Assembly: GCA_002633005.1 (NCBI GenBank)
Contig: NMRA01000068.1
Coordinates: forward strand, 633,505-697,504
DNA from: Phoronis australis
Lineage: Eukaryota > Animalia > Phoronida
Direction: 5' to 3'
DNA length: 64,000 nucleotides
The translations under genes and the position numbers were made by a program. Every line of letters begins with the position of its first letter. Within the stretch, counting starts at the first letter, position 1. Below, one piece after another: positions 1-13,649 of this stretch. The notes beneath the pieces were generated by a model, which did not search any database, was not told the DNA's origin, and saw only the letters and a list, made by a program, of their open reading frames with translations.

Positions 1-1329
1 GACTATTAAGACTCGATAGAGTGCGTTTGGTTAAGTAATGTGCTTTCTCAATTTTAACGAATTTTGCATTAAACGTAGCAATAATGGGAACGAGTGCAAT
101 GAAGAAAGTGATAAATAATGACGAGAACAGAGTATATGTATTCAAATTTTGTTAAACGTATCCGTGCATTGTCTGCTAGTTACAAAACGAAATGCAAGTT
201 AAGTCTAACAAGTTTATTTCTATATTAACTTAAAGCTTAGTTTCAACATGAAAACGAATAACAATTATCCAAAATAGATTACAAGGACAATTATGATAGC
301 AAAATGAGTAGTTTCTCATCCACACGTGATTGCTTGTCACTCTGGTAGTCATCTGAATTGTTGAAGAAACGCACTGGACTCGGAACCACAGTTGTTCTAC
401 ATGTTTAGGCCTACTGCGAACGATCGGAACTATTATATTCTTTTTGGATTGGGGTGTGTGCACTTGTACAGTACGCGATCAACTAACGAAATAAAAAAGA
501 ACAGTGCGATCTTGAATGTGAATGCAATTTCAAATCCTTCGAATACCAAATTCACCCAACCGTTTTTATAATTAAAACCTTTCTCACCCGCAGCCTTTGA
601 AATGTCCAATTTTATTTCATCATTGTGTGCAGACCAGTGTTACGTCTGGCATGTCTTCATGCAATCGAGATGTCCTAACAGATCTGCATTTGCTTAATAT
701 ATGTTTTTAATCACAAGCTTAACTGCTAACTGTGAAAACTTGTGAAATTGGTTTGTGGATGAAATAAAACTGTTAACTCAATCAGGTGTTCACATTGTCA
801 CAGTCGGAAGTCTAACAGCGTGCTCTAATTAAAAACAAATGAAATCAGAACTCAAGTTAGTCGCGCTGTAACAAAAAATTGCAGACTTCTTTGTATTTTC
901 CATTAATATTTGTATTTTCATCAGAAATTTTCATTTTGTTGGACTCGATGATTCTTTTCATAGATAAAGCGCATAACACAGGATAAACGCAAAGACTGGC
1001 TGGAGAAACAATCGAGTTACAGTTGTATCGCCATTAAGGCAACAAAGTAAAAAATAAAAACCCGTTATACCGATTGTCGGGTTCAAGTCTTAGAGCAGTA
1101 ATCATCCATTTAACAATTTAGCTACATGGGAGTTGCGTCGATCCGAAGTTAGCATTTCTAACATTTTCTTTGTCACAAGACAGAAATTTGATATTTATGA
1201 CATTGTTCGAAATGCGTGGCCCATTGAAAAACAGTTTTTGGACCTTGCACAAATTTTTTGTATCATGGAAAATTGATTTTAGAAATGTTTTTTCTTGTCA
1301 CAAAATGGCTTTCCATTTGAAAATTGTGC

Positions 1330-2343
1330 GACTTTACTGAAAGTATTTTCAGAGTTCCTTGATGGATTTTTATGAAATTTGGCAACTAGGTTTTTGATAA
1401 GGGGGCAATGATGCCATTTCTTACGGATTTGATGGATTTTGTGCCACATTGTAGGTATTTTTGTTATCCTCGCATCTATTTTTTGGCGCCTGCCTCTCTA
1501 TCTGCCATGCTGATGAGACGGCCATGACTGATGTCAGACTTATGTGTTGTCCCTTAGTGGCGATCTGTTTTTGCCTGGCGTTTTTTTTTTACGTCTGCAT
1601 CTGAATCTCTGTAACCCTTTAAAAGAGCTTTGTGAATTTTGAGAGATGTATTCTAATGGAGCTGACAATTGGTAACGAGTTTCTCTGAAGTTCCTTGACA
1701 AATTTTCATGAAATTTGGTAAATAGCTTTCTGTTAAAGAAACAATGACATTCCCCAGTTTTCGGACGGATTTTATGTATTTTGCGCCATCTAGTGGCCAT
1801 TTTCACTGTTTTTAGTCTGTTTTTGGCGTCCGCCCTCTGTCAACCAAACCACTCTTAAGATGATTGTGAAAATTGTCTTATATGTTGTTAGTGAGAAGAG
1901 GACGGTTGGCGATGATTTTCCGACTTCAATTACTGATGCGCCTCCTATTGGCATTTTTGTTTGTTTTTTATTGCGCCCATTGCTATATGTCCTAATCCCT
2001 CTGTAGGATCTCCATTAAATTTAGCAAGTGTATTCATATGAAGTTGACATCGGAAGACTGCAAGTTTCAGACGAATGTGACAACTGCTGTGCCCCCTTGT
2101 GACAATTTCATTTTTTTTTGGTTTTACTCTGTTTCTCTAAAGTTCCTTGATGGATTATCCTTAAAATGTGGTAAATACATTTCTATTAAAGAAACGGTGA
2201 CATTTTCCGGGGTTTTTTTTGATGGGTTTGAAGTATTTTGCACTATCTAGTGGCCATTTTTGTGATAAAAATAAACACCCTGAGAAGCTTACTGTTTGTG
2301 GTGCATTTGTGGGCGCATTTCAATGCTCTGCATTGCTCTTGTA
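1330..2343 (+). mobile_element. HINE-like (non-autonomous Helentron) copy, 5'-truncated
   Basis: ~150-bp monomers, then 3' subTIR gtgggcgcat, hairpin caatgc-tct-gcattg and ctcttgt end. Confidence 0.75.
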
Positions 2344-2640
2344 GAGAATACAACTGACCACAACTTAAAAATTTTACTGTACCACCACATTGCATTTCAA
2401 GCTAAAGAAATGTCATGGTATGTGAAATGGGCCCTGTTTTTCAGGCTGCTGATGCCTGTATCATCTTGACTCAGCAGTGGTTACTTTTAGTATCTGCGCT
2501 GTGCATTGTTGAGTCATAACCAGAATCTTACCATTTTGAAAGATCTCAATTCCTTTGCAGTCTGGTCAGACATTGTGTCTTAAGTTTATGTTGACTCGAA
2601 CATTCTGTTATTATGCTTGAAACTAAGTGGCACACTTGTT

Positions 2641-4144
2641 TTTATGCGCCCACATATTTATATGTGGACGCATTATGCTGTCATCTCCGTCCGTCCGGCG
2701 TCCGCTGCTCTATCTCCAAAATGCTTTGATGTACGTTCATGAAATTTTGCACATATGATCTTATGGTGGATTGGACGGCATGAGCGAACTTTCGGACGGA
2801 TGCGACCACCGGTATGCCCCCTAGTGGCAATTTTAGTTTTTTACGTTTACCTCTATATCTTCAAAGGTCCTAAACGTATTTTCATAAAAGTTAGCATACA
2901 GGCACCTATTAGTGAGATGACGCTATCCTCCCATTTTCGGATGGATTTGACGTAGTTTGCACCACCTAGTGGTCATTTTTGCTGTTACCGGTGTGCCCCT
3001 TAGTGGACGTTTCTGTTTTTTACGTTGAGCTCTGTATCTTCAAAGATCCTCAACTTATTTTCATAAAATTTGGTAAATATAGACACCTATTAGTGAGATA
3101 TAGCTATCCTTCCATTTTTGGATGGATTTGACGTAGTGTGCGCCACCTAGTGGCCATTTTTACTGTTTTTTAGTTTGTTTTTGGTGTCCACCCCTCTATC
3201 AACCAAACTGCACTAAGGATGATTGTGAAAATTGGCATGATGTTCTTACTACAAAGCTGGTGATAATTTACCAATGACTTTGACTACTGTGGCACCTCTT
3301 AGTGGCAGTTTTGTTATTTTTTTTGCGCCCATGGCTGTATCTCCTAAACAGTTTGCAGCATCTTTGCTAAATTTAGCAAGTGTAAGTGATGTTAACAACG
3401 GATGACAACAACGTTTGGACGGATCTGACAACCAATGTGCCCTGTGGTGGCAATTTTCATTTTTTAGGCTTACCTCTGTATCTTCAAAGGTCCTCAACGG
3501 ATTATCAGAAAGTTTGGAATATAGGCATTTATTGGTGAGATGATGCTATCCTCCCGCTGTGGGATGGAATCGAGGAACTTTTGCACCACCTATGGCCATT
3601 ACTCCTGTTTTCGATTCTTGTTTTTTGGCGTCCACCCCTCAATCAACCAAAGCATTCTGAGAACAACTTTGAAAATTGGTATATGGTATATGTTCTCAGT
3701 GTGAAGAGGACGGTTGACAATAACGCATTCGACTACTGTAGCGCCTCCTAGTTGTAGTTTTGTTTTGTTTTGTTTTGTGCCCATATAGCTGCATCTCCTA
3801 AACTTACTGCAGGATCTTTATTAAATTTAGTAATTGTATTTATATGAAGCTAACAACAGATGACTACGTCGTTCAGGCGGATCTAATGAAGGCTGCGTCT
3901 CAAAGCGGCAATTTCATTATTTTTTTTGCTTTCCTTTGTTTCTCCGAAGTTCCTTGACAGATTTTTATGAAATTTGATAAATAGCTTTCTATTAAAGAAG
4001 CAATGGCATGTACCCATTTTCAGATGGATTGAATGTTTTTTTCACCCTCTTGTGGCTATTTTTATGAAACAAATAAACAACCCTAGAAGCACTCCGTTTG
4101 CGGTGCATTCGTGGGCGCATTTGAACGCTCCGAGTTGCTCTTGT
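2641..4144 (+). mobile_element. HINE-like element, full length
   Basis: 5' atgcgcccaca/tgtggacgcat inverted pair, (GTCC)n microsatellite, internal ~150-bp monomers, 3' subTIR plus hairpin, T-rich flanks, no TSD. Confidence 0.85.
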
Positions 4145-4613
4145 TTATAAGGCGCACATTGCAGACAGGCCAGGTAATTTGATAGACTCAATAATCTATT
4201 AAAAGCATCACTCTATAATACCACCTTCCGTCACAAAAACCAACGTTTGATTTTGACCACCTATAGTTTTGAAATTGGCCTTAAATTTCTCCTTAGTCAA
4301 AATAGGACTTGTGTATAAAGAACTAACAGTTCGTTATTGCTTGAGACTAGGCACTGCGCTGTTGCTTATCATGTCTTGCCATTTTTTTGCCTAGCATTTT
4401 CTCAAACAATAACGAACTGTAAATTCTTTATAAGAAAAAAAAACATGTCTCATCTTACAAGTTGAGACCAATTTTATCAAAAGGTTTCTTCAACGGAATG
4501 TAGGTTTGTTGTCGCTTTAATGATATCTGATTTGTTAGCACCCTATCATAGAGCTTAATTTGCTTATTATTGATAACATGTATGAAAACTTAAGCAAGGA
4601 AGCTTTTTTCCAG

Positions 4614-4683
4614 AAACACAAGAAGAAAAAGAAGACTGTTGCCTTTAACTTTTCTGCCCTTCATCTTATTCGTGACCCTCAAG
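4614..4683 (+). CDS. SDAD1: SDAD1 exon (KHKKKKKTVAFNFSALHLIRDPQ)
   Basis: ttttccag acceptor, gtaagc donor; SDA1 FNFSA.HL..DPQ motif. Confidence 0.93.
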
Positions 4684-4724
4684 GTAAGCGCTTTATTGGG
4701 AAAAATGGTCTTCAAACTGTGCTA

Positions 4725-6322
4725 CCGTATTTGCCCTAATAAGTGCCCATGCCCCTGTAAGTGCCCCCACTCGTTTTAAGACTTTGATTAAATGAGTGCC
4801 CAGTTCATGAACGTCATGTACATGCGAAAAATGCCTTACCTACAGTTCTAAAATTCTACAGTAAAGTATTCAATTTATCAATAAGATCCGACAGTCCTGA
4901 AAAAAATCATTGTGCGCGGAAGTTGTAGACCATGAGCCTCGCCGCTATGTTGGTATTTAGCCGTGACAATACACTTCACACTTCCTCAGGGCTTCAAAAA
5001 GAAAAGGTTTTGCTGATCTGGCGAGGGACGTGTCTTATTATGGTCTGACCTTTCAGAACAAACGCATTGTACTTGTCAACGGATTGTACAGATCTTTTCC
5101 CTCAACAGGAATCCAAATATATGTGAAAACCGTGAATTGAAGGCTAATAAAAAATAATAGATGCTGAGATTGGCTAGTAGTGAAATTTATCAAATAAACA
5201 CAGAAAAAATCAGGAACCCCAACTGGGAATCAAACCACAGGTCTCAAGATTGCCGGTCTAGTGCTCTCACCACTGAGCTACTGAGGACCCGATATCTGTG
5301 CAATAAAAACTTGACCTTTGTTAAAAGCCGTTGCAAGGATGTGCACGCTACATACAAGTACCTGTCACCGAAGATTAGTCTTCAGGAACTATCTGTTCAT
5401 GAAACGGGTAGCATAGCATCGGCAAGAAATAAGACACTTATTTCCGAAAGTTTGTAATACTGTAAAAAACGTTTGCGTTATTTTTGGGAGGAATTATTAT
5501 TAAATTAGTCGTAATTGATGTTTTTAAAGTTAAAATGACCCATTGGTACTGAATACTTAAACACCTTTACGCCCCCAAATCTCCCAAACAATAACTGTTA
5601 GACTGTCACGCATCCATTCACCCGGCGACTCGGCATCGGCCTTTCCGAGACACTTTTTTAGCAGATTTTAAATAAAACACGTTCTGCTTTTAGTGCTTGT
5701 GTTAATTTCTTTAGTTACAATGCACACCTAGATTGTTACATCTCGTTTACTCTGAAGGCAAATGAACTCTGATGTCAAGCATGCGATCGCTCACTCACAC
5801 ATGCAGACGAACTTCAAAACAAACGTCACGTGACAACAACGTGACTGTGTTCGTCCAGAGATTTTTCTTGTGTTGCGGAGTACGATCTAGCGCAGATTTG
5901 GACTTGATATGTAGTTAATCCCAACTCCACAGGAACTCAAAAAACTTAGGGACGCTATTTTGAAGCCTTAAGGAGGACTTCAGGTAATTTGTTGAGTTGA
6001 AACTATATTTTTACTCAAGAATTTAAGTTGACCTATTGGCAATCGTGTGGCAGCGACGCATCAGTCAGCGAGTTTTCGCACTGGGATTTTATGAAATGTG
6101 CTCGTAATTTAACAACAAAGTTTGATAGCAATGCACTACAACTTTGTAGAAACTCTGTCATAGGTTACAGATGTGTCACAGAGCGTTAATCTGATGAATT
6201 CTAGCTTACGATTTCACCTGTTTCGGAGACCGGGTTTCGATCACTTTGGGCTATAATAAGCCCCTTCCCTTCCTGAAGCGAATTTTTCTAAGCGCCCTGG
6301 GCGCTTATTAGGGCGAATATGG
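4725..6322. mobile_element. Tc1/mariner-pogo(Tigger)-like non-autonomous element
   Basis: TIRs ccgtatttgccctaataagtgccc / gggcgcttattagggcgaatatgg, flanked by TA on both sides. Confidence 0.8.
5211..5289 (-). mobile_element. tRNA-derived SINE head or tRNA pseudogene
   Basis: Minus strand ggtcctcagTAGCTCAGTGGtgagagcac...GGTTTGATTCCcag has A and B boxes but imperfect stems. Confidence 0.6.
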
Positions 6323-6538
6323 TAAATAGTTTCTTTAGTGTGTGTTTATTGAAATAGTGCTCAAATGCGCTCAAATACTTTGCCTTGGACAATCATCTTC
6401 AATTAAATTCTTTTAAATGAACCAAAATGAATATATTTTAAAGTTGTACTTCTGTGTAGAAATTACCTGTTTTTTAATTGTCTTGAACCTGGCAATGAAA
6501 TCAGAATTCATGACATATTGGATTAGATAATACATTAA

Positions 6539-7606
6539 AGAGGCATGGAATGCGAAAAATATCTCATAAACAATTCCTGAGGAAAGTATTATGATCTTGC
6601 AATGTCTAGTACACAGTAATTCATTTTCTCCTGTAAGGACATTTTCAGAAAAAATCTCAATATTTGAAGTGAAAAACTGTGGTTACCAGTGTTTGAACTG
6701 CAGCAAATAAATGTGCTGGCCTGTCGGGCCAGTTGGTCTGAAAAGTTACTCGCCCAGCTGCCAAGTTGTTGGCCCTGCGTTTAGCATCCTAGCTGTTTTA
6801 ATTTCTCAATCTTTTTCATTTACACTAATTGCGTGTGTTCTTGAGAATGCTATTTGTTATGCTATTAACTCTATGTGAGGAGTTGTTGGTAATAGAGATG
6901 TATCCATAAACACCACATAAGCTGTGGTTACGAAATAAAATCCCTAAGCTGGATTCAACCAATATCTTTTTACAAAACACGTTTCATCAGTACATAGAAC
7001 TCTAGACTAGAGTCCAATGAGTAAACAAAGTGAACGGAGCGATCGCGGATGAGTGCCCATAAGGTTTAATCTCGGCCTTCAAGAGGTGAGAGGTAAACAA
7101 AATTAGTCAACAGACCTCTTTTGAATTAAAAGAATGTGAGACCACATCTGCATAGGGCCTATATGTGAAAGTTTAGGGACCAATTGGGCCAGTAACCTTT
7201 AAAAGTCACTGGCCCGGCCACAAATCCACTGGCCCGGGGGCACCGGGCTAGCGTATATTTTGAATGCTGGTGGTTACTACAGAATTTCCAATCTCTCTCC
7301 ACTTACGATAAATGCGTGCATGCGCTCACAATCAGTTGCTTGAAGCCACTTCAGATCAAAAGATAAATTTTCCATATATGGGAAATGTGGTATGTCAATG
7401 TTTTGCCATACCAAACAAGGAGACATGCTTTGCCTTTTTGGAGAAAAATTGACGAAGTTGCGTGCAGTTGACTGATCGTTTTTTTTTCAAATTTGAAACC
7501 AAAAGAAACCCTAAAAATACTTTGTGAGCAGGTTGAATTCTGTTTCAGTGGCAGAAAACCACTTTCAATATTGCAATTTAGCCTGTTTGGTGCGTTCCAG
7601 GCCTCT
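6539..7606. mobile_element. Kolobok-type MITE
   Basis: TTAA on both flanks; TIR agaggcatggaatgc / gcgttccaggcctct. Confidence 0.75.
6687..7269. mobile_element. hAT-type MITE nested in the Kolobok MITE
   Basis: 8-bp TSD gtggttac (6679-6686, 7270-7277); CAG...CTG ends with decayed TIR; ggccc subterminal motifs. Confidence 0.75.
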
Positions 7607-8134
7607 TTAAGTGATTATAGTAGTTTAGATTATGTTATGACAGATATCTTGCATTATATTTTTGTAGTTTGAATTGAAAGCATAAAAACTAAAATCCATA
7701 CTTAACGATTATGAAAGCGCTCATTAACTCTGTGTTTGCAAGCATTTTGTATTTTTTATTTTGGTTTAATTCACCATCTATGGCTCCATTTTGTACTAGG
7801 TTAATTTCCACAACGTATGAAATGTTGGGTCATGGTTGTGAAGTGTTCTGATCACTGTGTTGTTGCTTACCAGTACTACTCATGCATTGTGATGATCATT
7901 TAGTGTTTTGGTTGTACTGCCGGTCAGTGACATTGTTCCTGATGATGGTTTATGATAATAAACCGGAACGTTGATTTGGATCATGAATGGCATCCCATTT
8001 TTTATTTTCATCTTTCTCCAATTACTAGACAGTGTCATTGGCAAACAGGTTTCTATTCAAGGAAAATTTTGGGATTGTTCGACATTTAGTAAAATGATAA
8101 GAAGTGAAATTACTTTTTAGTTAATTGGATACCA

Positions 8135-8703
8135 TTTTATCCGCCCACATGTTTACATGTGGGTGCATATTGCCTTCATCTCTGTCTGGACGTCTGAACA
8201 TTTGGTGTCTGCATCTGTATTTCCTAAACCCTCACAGGATCTTGATGAGATTTGGGAGGTGTGTTCCTGTGAATCTAACGACAGATGATGACGAATTTCT
8301 GATGGATCGGACTACTGGTGTGCCTCCCTAGTGTCAATTTTAGTATTTTACGTTTACCTCTTTATCTTCAAAGGTCGTCAACTGATTTTCATGAAAATTT
8401 GGCACATACGCATAAATTAGTGAGATTATGCTATCTTTCCATTTTCGTACGGATTCGAGGTATTTTGCGCCATCAGTGGCCATTTTTACTGTTTTCAAGT
8501 ATTTTTTGGTGTCCGCCCCTCTGTCAACCAAACCACTCTACGGATGATGGATTTTTACGAAATTTCAATTGAAAAAATGTTGTGTTCCCGTTTCAGGTGG
8601 ATTCAATGTATTTTGCGCCATCTAGTAGCTATTTTTATAATACAAACACCCCTAGACGTACACCATTTGCGGTGCATGTGTGGGCGCATTTCAATGCGTT
8701 GTT
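8135..8703 (+). mobile_element. HINE-like copy, internally deleted and diverged
   Basis: Head ccgcccacatgtttacatgtgggtgcat, three monomer motifs, 3' gtgggcgcatttcaatgc. Confidence 0.7.
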
Positions 8704-9129
8704 GAAATTCAGATTTTCCCAAAACTGGAAGTTGGATGTCACTTGAGTACACCATCACCTTATCCTGTTTATTATTGCAAAATCGCCGTCCTTGTTGTCT
8801 ATATCAATTTAAGCCAAGATTAGCAACTCACCCCATAAGTGCTGCCAGCTACTGAATAATGACTGGTTAGTTGAGAACGTATTATTTTGTACACATAAGA
8901 GATTGTTGACTGATACTATATTTAATTTGTTTGTTCAATTGAACAGAGCTATCAAGAACTCAATAAATAATGTACGAAATCAAACGAAACTGTTTCCCTT
9001 CTTCCTTGTGGTTTACATGTTTTTTACAACCACACAGATTCTAATTAATAGCAGAGAAGTTTCCGTGTCTGGATCCATAGTGCCTTTTATGTTTAGTACT
9101 CTACTTCTTCATGATCTATTCTGTTGTAG

Positions 9130-9233
9130 ACTTTGCAGAAAAGTTGTTCAAACAATTGGAAAGCTCCAACGAACGGTTTGAAGTCAAAATGATGATGATC
9201 GATCTTGTTTCAAGGCTAGTGGGAGTTCACCAG
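9130..9233 (+). CDS. SDAD1: SDAD1 exon ([35 protein letters not shown])
   Basis: ttgtag acceptor, gtaggt donor; phase matches previous exon. Confidence 0.95.
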
Positions 9234-10176
9234 GTAGGTATCACTGGAAAGATTTTACAATGAACTACTTAATATTTTTTATCCTACTTCTACAGTCAAT
9301 ATTAGAAATGACAGCTTTTCAATGAGGGTCGGGTTCAAACTTTTCATAGCTGTTCTGGTACTTTTATTTATCCAGAAAGTATAATCCTGGGTATGACTGA
9401 GGATGGTAGCAATTACTACATATCCTTATAGTATACTATTGTTACACACTCATGACCTTTCACTCAGAGTGGACTCCATGGACGATACATAAGCCAGGGC
9501 ATGACATACAGCACACTAGTCAACTGTGTACAGCTAGGCAGCTACTTCCTTCTCCAAAAAAATGATTTAAGACCACTTGGTCTCAAATTTATCCATAGTC
9601 AACTTGGAGGTGGTTTCAGGGATTCGAAACAACTGACTGTTGTTGCTTGAGACTTGACTACTTGGTTTTTTGTCATGCAGTGTCATTTTATGGGTCAAGT
9701 GTAGTTTCAAGGAATAGTGAACAAACAACCAGTACTCCCAGAAATGACTTGTGTAAAAAACCAAGTTGAGACCAGTGGTAATTGGTCTAAATCAAACTTC
9801 CACTTCATAGACAGAACACAGGTTTTACAGCTTCTTACTCAACCACCCTTCTGATAGATACCAACCTGTCTGTCTCTCAACCAATGCAACTTGTGAGAGT
9901 TCGGTGCATAAAGCTAATTATAAGTAACTTAGGTAGATGTGAACAGATAAAGACAACAAATAATAAATTTAGTGCTAAGGTGAAAAAGTACTGCAGATTT
10001 GTGATCAGAGGTTGGAGAAGTTAAAATGAGGTTTAAAGAGGACCATGCTGTATATTATCCTTTGGCTAAAGCATGTTTTATATCTATTGTATTTTATCCT
10101 CTATAGATAAAGTTTATTATTATTAGATGTAACTGTCAATAGGACAATCTGTACTAGATGGACGTGGTGTTCAGTC

Positions 10177-11036
10177 TGTGGTGTAATGTTGCATGTTACG
10201 GCCAACAGATGGCGCACATGTGGTAGTAATTAAAACAACACCCAAATACCTCAACCAATAAAATAATGTCTATTAATTTGCAGCATTGTGATTTACAAAC
10301 AATAGACCTGTTACAATATGTTGTGAGACTGACAACTAACTGATTGGGACGAGATATCAGTGCTGAAGAAAGTACTAAACAACAATGCCACTATTTATCC
10401 GTAGCTACCGCACACGTTAACACAATACAAGTTGTAACAGAACTATCCCTCTAGAACAATCGCTAGACTGGTTCAAATTGACTAACAGGCTGAGACCAAC
10501 ACCTGCGTTAAATATCTATACCTCAGTTTACACTTTCAACTTGATATGTAGTTATTCGTCTGGACATGGCTCTCGTCTCTGCAGTTCACTGTTCGGAGAT
10601 CGTGCCCTCGTAGTTTATTGAAAATTTGGTTTGATCTTGTCGGGTCTGGTCCAGTCTGCCGTAGTCTCTGGAGCCAGTGCCTTATGTATTACTTTTGGTG
10701 GCATCTCGCGATGGCCCCACCCTTTTTAGTGCAACTCTCTTATAACAAGCTAATAGACTATCCCATGGAAAATTCTTACATAACTGCCACTCTTCCTAGA
10801 TTTACTGCACCAGAGATATGCCTATCCCCTGAGGAATTCTTGTACAATTGCCACTTTTAGAGCTATGCACATCCCCTAGGAATCTCAACCACCACAGAAG
10901 TATACACATCCTTGGGAATAGACTAAGACATATTTGCATGCACGTGGAAAACATACAACAGAGGTATGCACAACCTCTGGAAATAGATTATGACATGTTT
11001 ACATGCACGTGGAGGGCATAGACTCATTATATCACA
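10177..11036 (-). mobile_element. Solo LTR (Gypsy-like)
   Basis: TG...CA ends with imperfect IR tgtggtgtaatg / cattatatcaca; 4-bp TSD agtc; minus-strand AATAAA near 10614. Confidence 0.7.
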
Positions 11037-11136
11037 AGTCTGAACTGCACTACAACCACAGAGACGATCAGGTCTAGGGATTTGGGACTATCTACCAGAT
11101 TCAATCCTTAATCTATGGACGATAATCATACTTATG

Positions 11137-11830
11137 TTAAGTATATGCGTTGCTGTTGTTGGATAGCCAATCATGTATGAGTTGGGGATTTATTTCTAAA
11201 TACGTTGCAAAACGGGTTTTGTGAATGTTTTGGAGCACATGGGATTTTAGCTTGGCTAGACTGTCAATAGAAGATAGCTGATCTGATTCATTTGGATGTA
11301 TAAGACATTGTAAGACTTGCCCAGTCGGGCTTCTTTCATTAATTGGTTTATGAATTGGAGTCACAATGTGTGAATTCGCTGAATTTCCGTGGTTCTGCAG
11401 CTTTTTAAAGAATTTCCTTTATTTCTCTTAAAATCATTTGTTTTACATGCCAGGTTCCTGGTTCTATTAAAGCAACATGTTTGCTGGTAGTACTTCTTAC
11501 ACCAACTAACCTTTCAAACTGGCATTATACAACGTTTCAGCTCCAGGGTATGAGTCTGAATGCCAAGTTATAGACCTACTCGATCAAACTGTGCGAATTT
11601 GTGCAAATTGGTTTTCTGTTGGCAACTAATGTGCATATTGCACCAAGTCAGGTAAAAATTGAACCACTTCGGCCTCTGATGAGTTAGGAATGATGTCTGC
11701 TTGGAAATCGCATTTTGATGTTGAAATTCTGCAGATTGTTATTTAGAGAACTGATATGCACTGTGTCTTTTAAGTTATTCAGTGCTGATATATATCCAAA
11801 GTTCATTGCTCGCTAAATTGACCCATTGGT
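11137..11830 (-). mobile_element. Possible degenerate non-LTR retrotransposon relic
   Basis: Broken minus-strand reading (..TRFATYLEINPQL..) resembling LINE ORF2 C-termini; weak. Confidence 0.3.
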
Positions 11831-11907
11831 TCCTTAGGTGATCATCCATTGTATCTCTGGTGTAAGCAATGCATGTCATGTCCGTTGCTCTTATCATCCA
11901 CTTTCAG

Positions 11908-11965
11908 CTGTTCCTGTTCAACTTTTATCCATTTCTTCAGCGATTTATTCAGCCACATCAGAGAG
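11908..11965 (+). CDS. SDAD1: SDAD1 exon (LFLFNFYPFLQRFIQPHQR)
   Basis: ctttcag acceptor, gtaagt donor; highly conserved SDA1 motif. Confidence 0.96.
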
Positions 11966-12859
11966 GTAAGTCAACAACCCTGCTTCCACCACACGGGTGT
12001 CATCCTATCATCTCCATCCCTCCATTATATTCCTGGGCCCCTCTTCCCCTGTGTTTTTACTTAAAGGAGAATGCCACCCAAAAAACAACCTATTTTGCAT
12101 CAATTTAGATTGAGTAATTCTACTCGATAATGGAACGTTCTGTTGCGTTACCTGACACCTGACGGCAGACAGAGGTGTTGAAATTATCTAATGACGTCAT
12201 TGGTTTCACACGCATTCTGTTCAGCAGTTCACAACACATTTTACTGGTGTCAGCTTATCACTTGAATTCATCGTTTAACACCAATAAATCATCAAAACCC
12301 TTAAAAATACACAGTCACGGAGTTCTTATAAAAACTTGTTGTTTTATTTCGCTGTTACGGGTTTATTGGTATTTGGACACACCGTAGCCTACAAAGTTCG
12401 GCAGGCCAGTTTACCAAGGTCCGTAGCAGGAGGTTGGGGTCTGTTCGGAGATAAATTCGAAGTAATCTTCCGTGAAATACAGACAGGAGAACCTAGATCT
12501 GTGTTGTTTATACTAATGTGATTTTTTGAGTTCTAAACAGGCAAAATGCTTGTTATCCTAGCCAGTGGCTCGGAACTCGATCAGGCCCATCGCGGCCACC
12601 GGGACTGGCACGAACATAAACCAGCTTGAGTTGGAAACTAAACCTCCAGTCACAAAAAGACTATAGTGAGCCAAGGAATGTGCAGGTAATTATTTATGTG
12701 AATTAGCCATGAAAATAAAAATCTACTTACTTGTCGGGGGTCCGCGACATCGGGTTCACCTTTCACAGACCATCCGGGCAATGGTTGTACAGTAACAATG
12801 ATTTGAATAATGTTATTGTTTTGTATTTCTAAATAAAGTTTCCCCTAACATGTGACCAT

Positions 12860-13027
12860 AGCGTATAAAATCGAGTAATTGTTTCACAACAGCTTTCTGT
12901 CAGCAAACACTGATTTAGCATGCGCTCACACGGCCTCGGTGCCAGCGTATAAAATCGAGTAATTGTTTCACAACAGCTTTCTGTCAGCAAACACTGATTT
13001 AGCATGCGCTCACACGGCCTCGGTGCC
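12860..13027. repeat. Perfect 84-bp tandem duplication
   Basis: agcgtataaaatcgag...cctcggtgcc at 12860-12943 and 12944-13027. Confidence 0.95.
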
Positions 13028-13358
13028 TGGTCAATTACCAGTTTGTTGCCAGCATCAAAGTCCGGTAACGCAGTGGTTTATACATTGCTGGCTTCTCAAC
13101 ATTTGCACTCACGAATACTGCAAAGGCATTACAAATTGTATCTTATGAAACAGACTTTGTTTCAGTGTCATATAAGCATTTGTTAGGATGAGAATAATTC
13201 ATTTTGAAACAGAACGCAGAATAATAAACGTCCACATGGCAACTTGCCCGGTGCCAATCCCGACTTAGTCAAGAGCTCATCCGACGAAGACTTCACGGGT
13301 CGGATCGTTAGGTTTCACAGGCTATCAGTTTGAACCGGAATACACTGATCAGGAAATA

Positions 13359-13649
13359 CTAAGAGAGGCACCATGAACATGCGCAGGCAACGGAACGTAT
13401 GGATAGTTCTTTGGTAAGCCAGAATCCGTCAGAGAAATCACTGTCGCCAAAATGCCGGCCACAGACACGGAGATGTTTCATGGCCTCATACTTGCTATTA
13501 ACAGCGTACCTTTCATTCTTCACTACCGCGAGCCACTTCCTAAGTATTCCGGGCTCTCGAGGAAGTCGAAAAAACTTTATACCCGCTTTCTTCGCTGCTT
13601 CATAGTTCGGACAAGCGGGAACGATGCACCGCAATATAGCGGCATTCAC
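13359..13649 (-). pseudogene. THAP zinc-finger (C2CH) domain, transposase N-terminus remnant
   Basis: CIVPAC...FFRLP...RKW...RVCGRHF has the THAP C, C, P, W, C, H, F residues; ORF starts at GTG and the nearby ATG-CCG is out of frame. Confidence 0.85.

Noticed and set aside
1-4613. Upstream SDAD1 exons
   Set aside because: No segment encoding the expected preceding lysine-rich SDA1 region was recognised; it probably lies before the window
5211-5289. Functional tRNA gene
   Set aside because: Stems are mismatched, the B box is altered and it sits inside a transposon; treated as a SINE head or pseudogene. The same applies near 14968-15038
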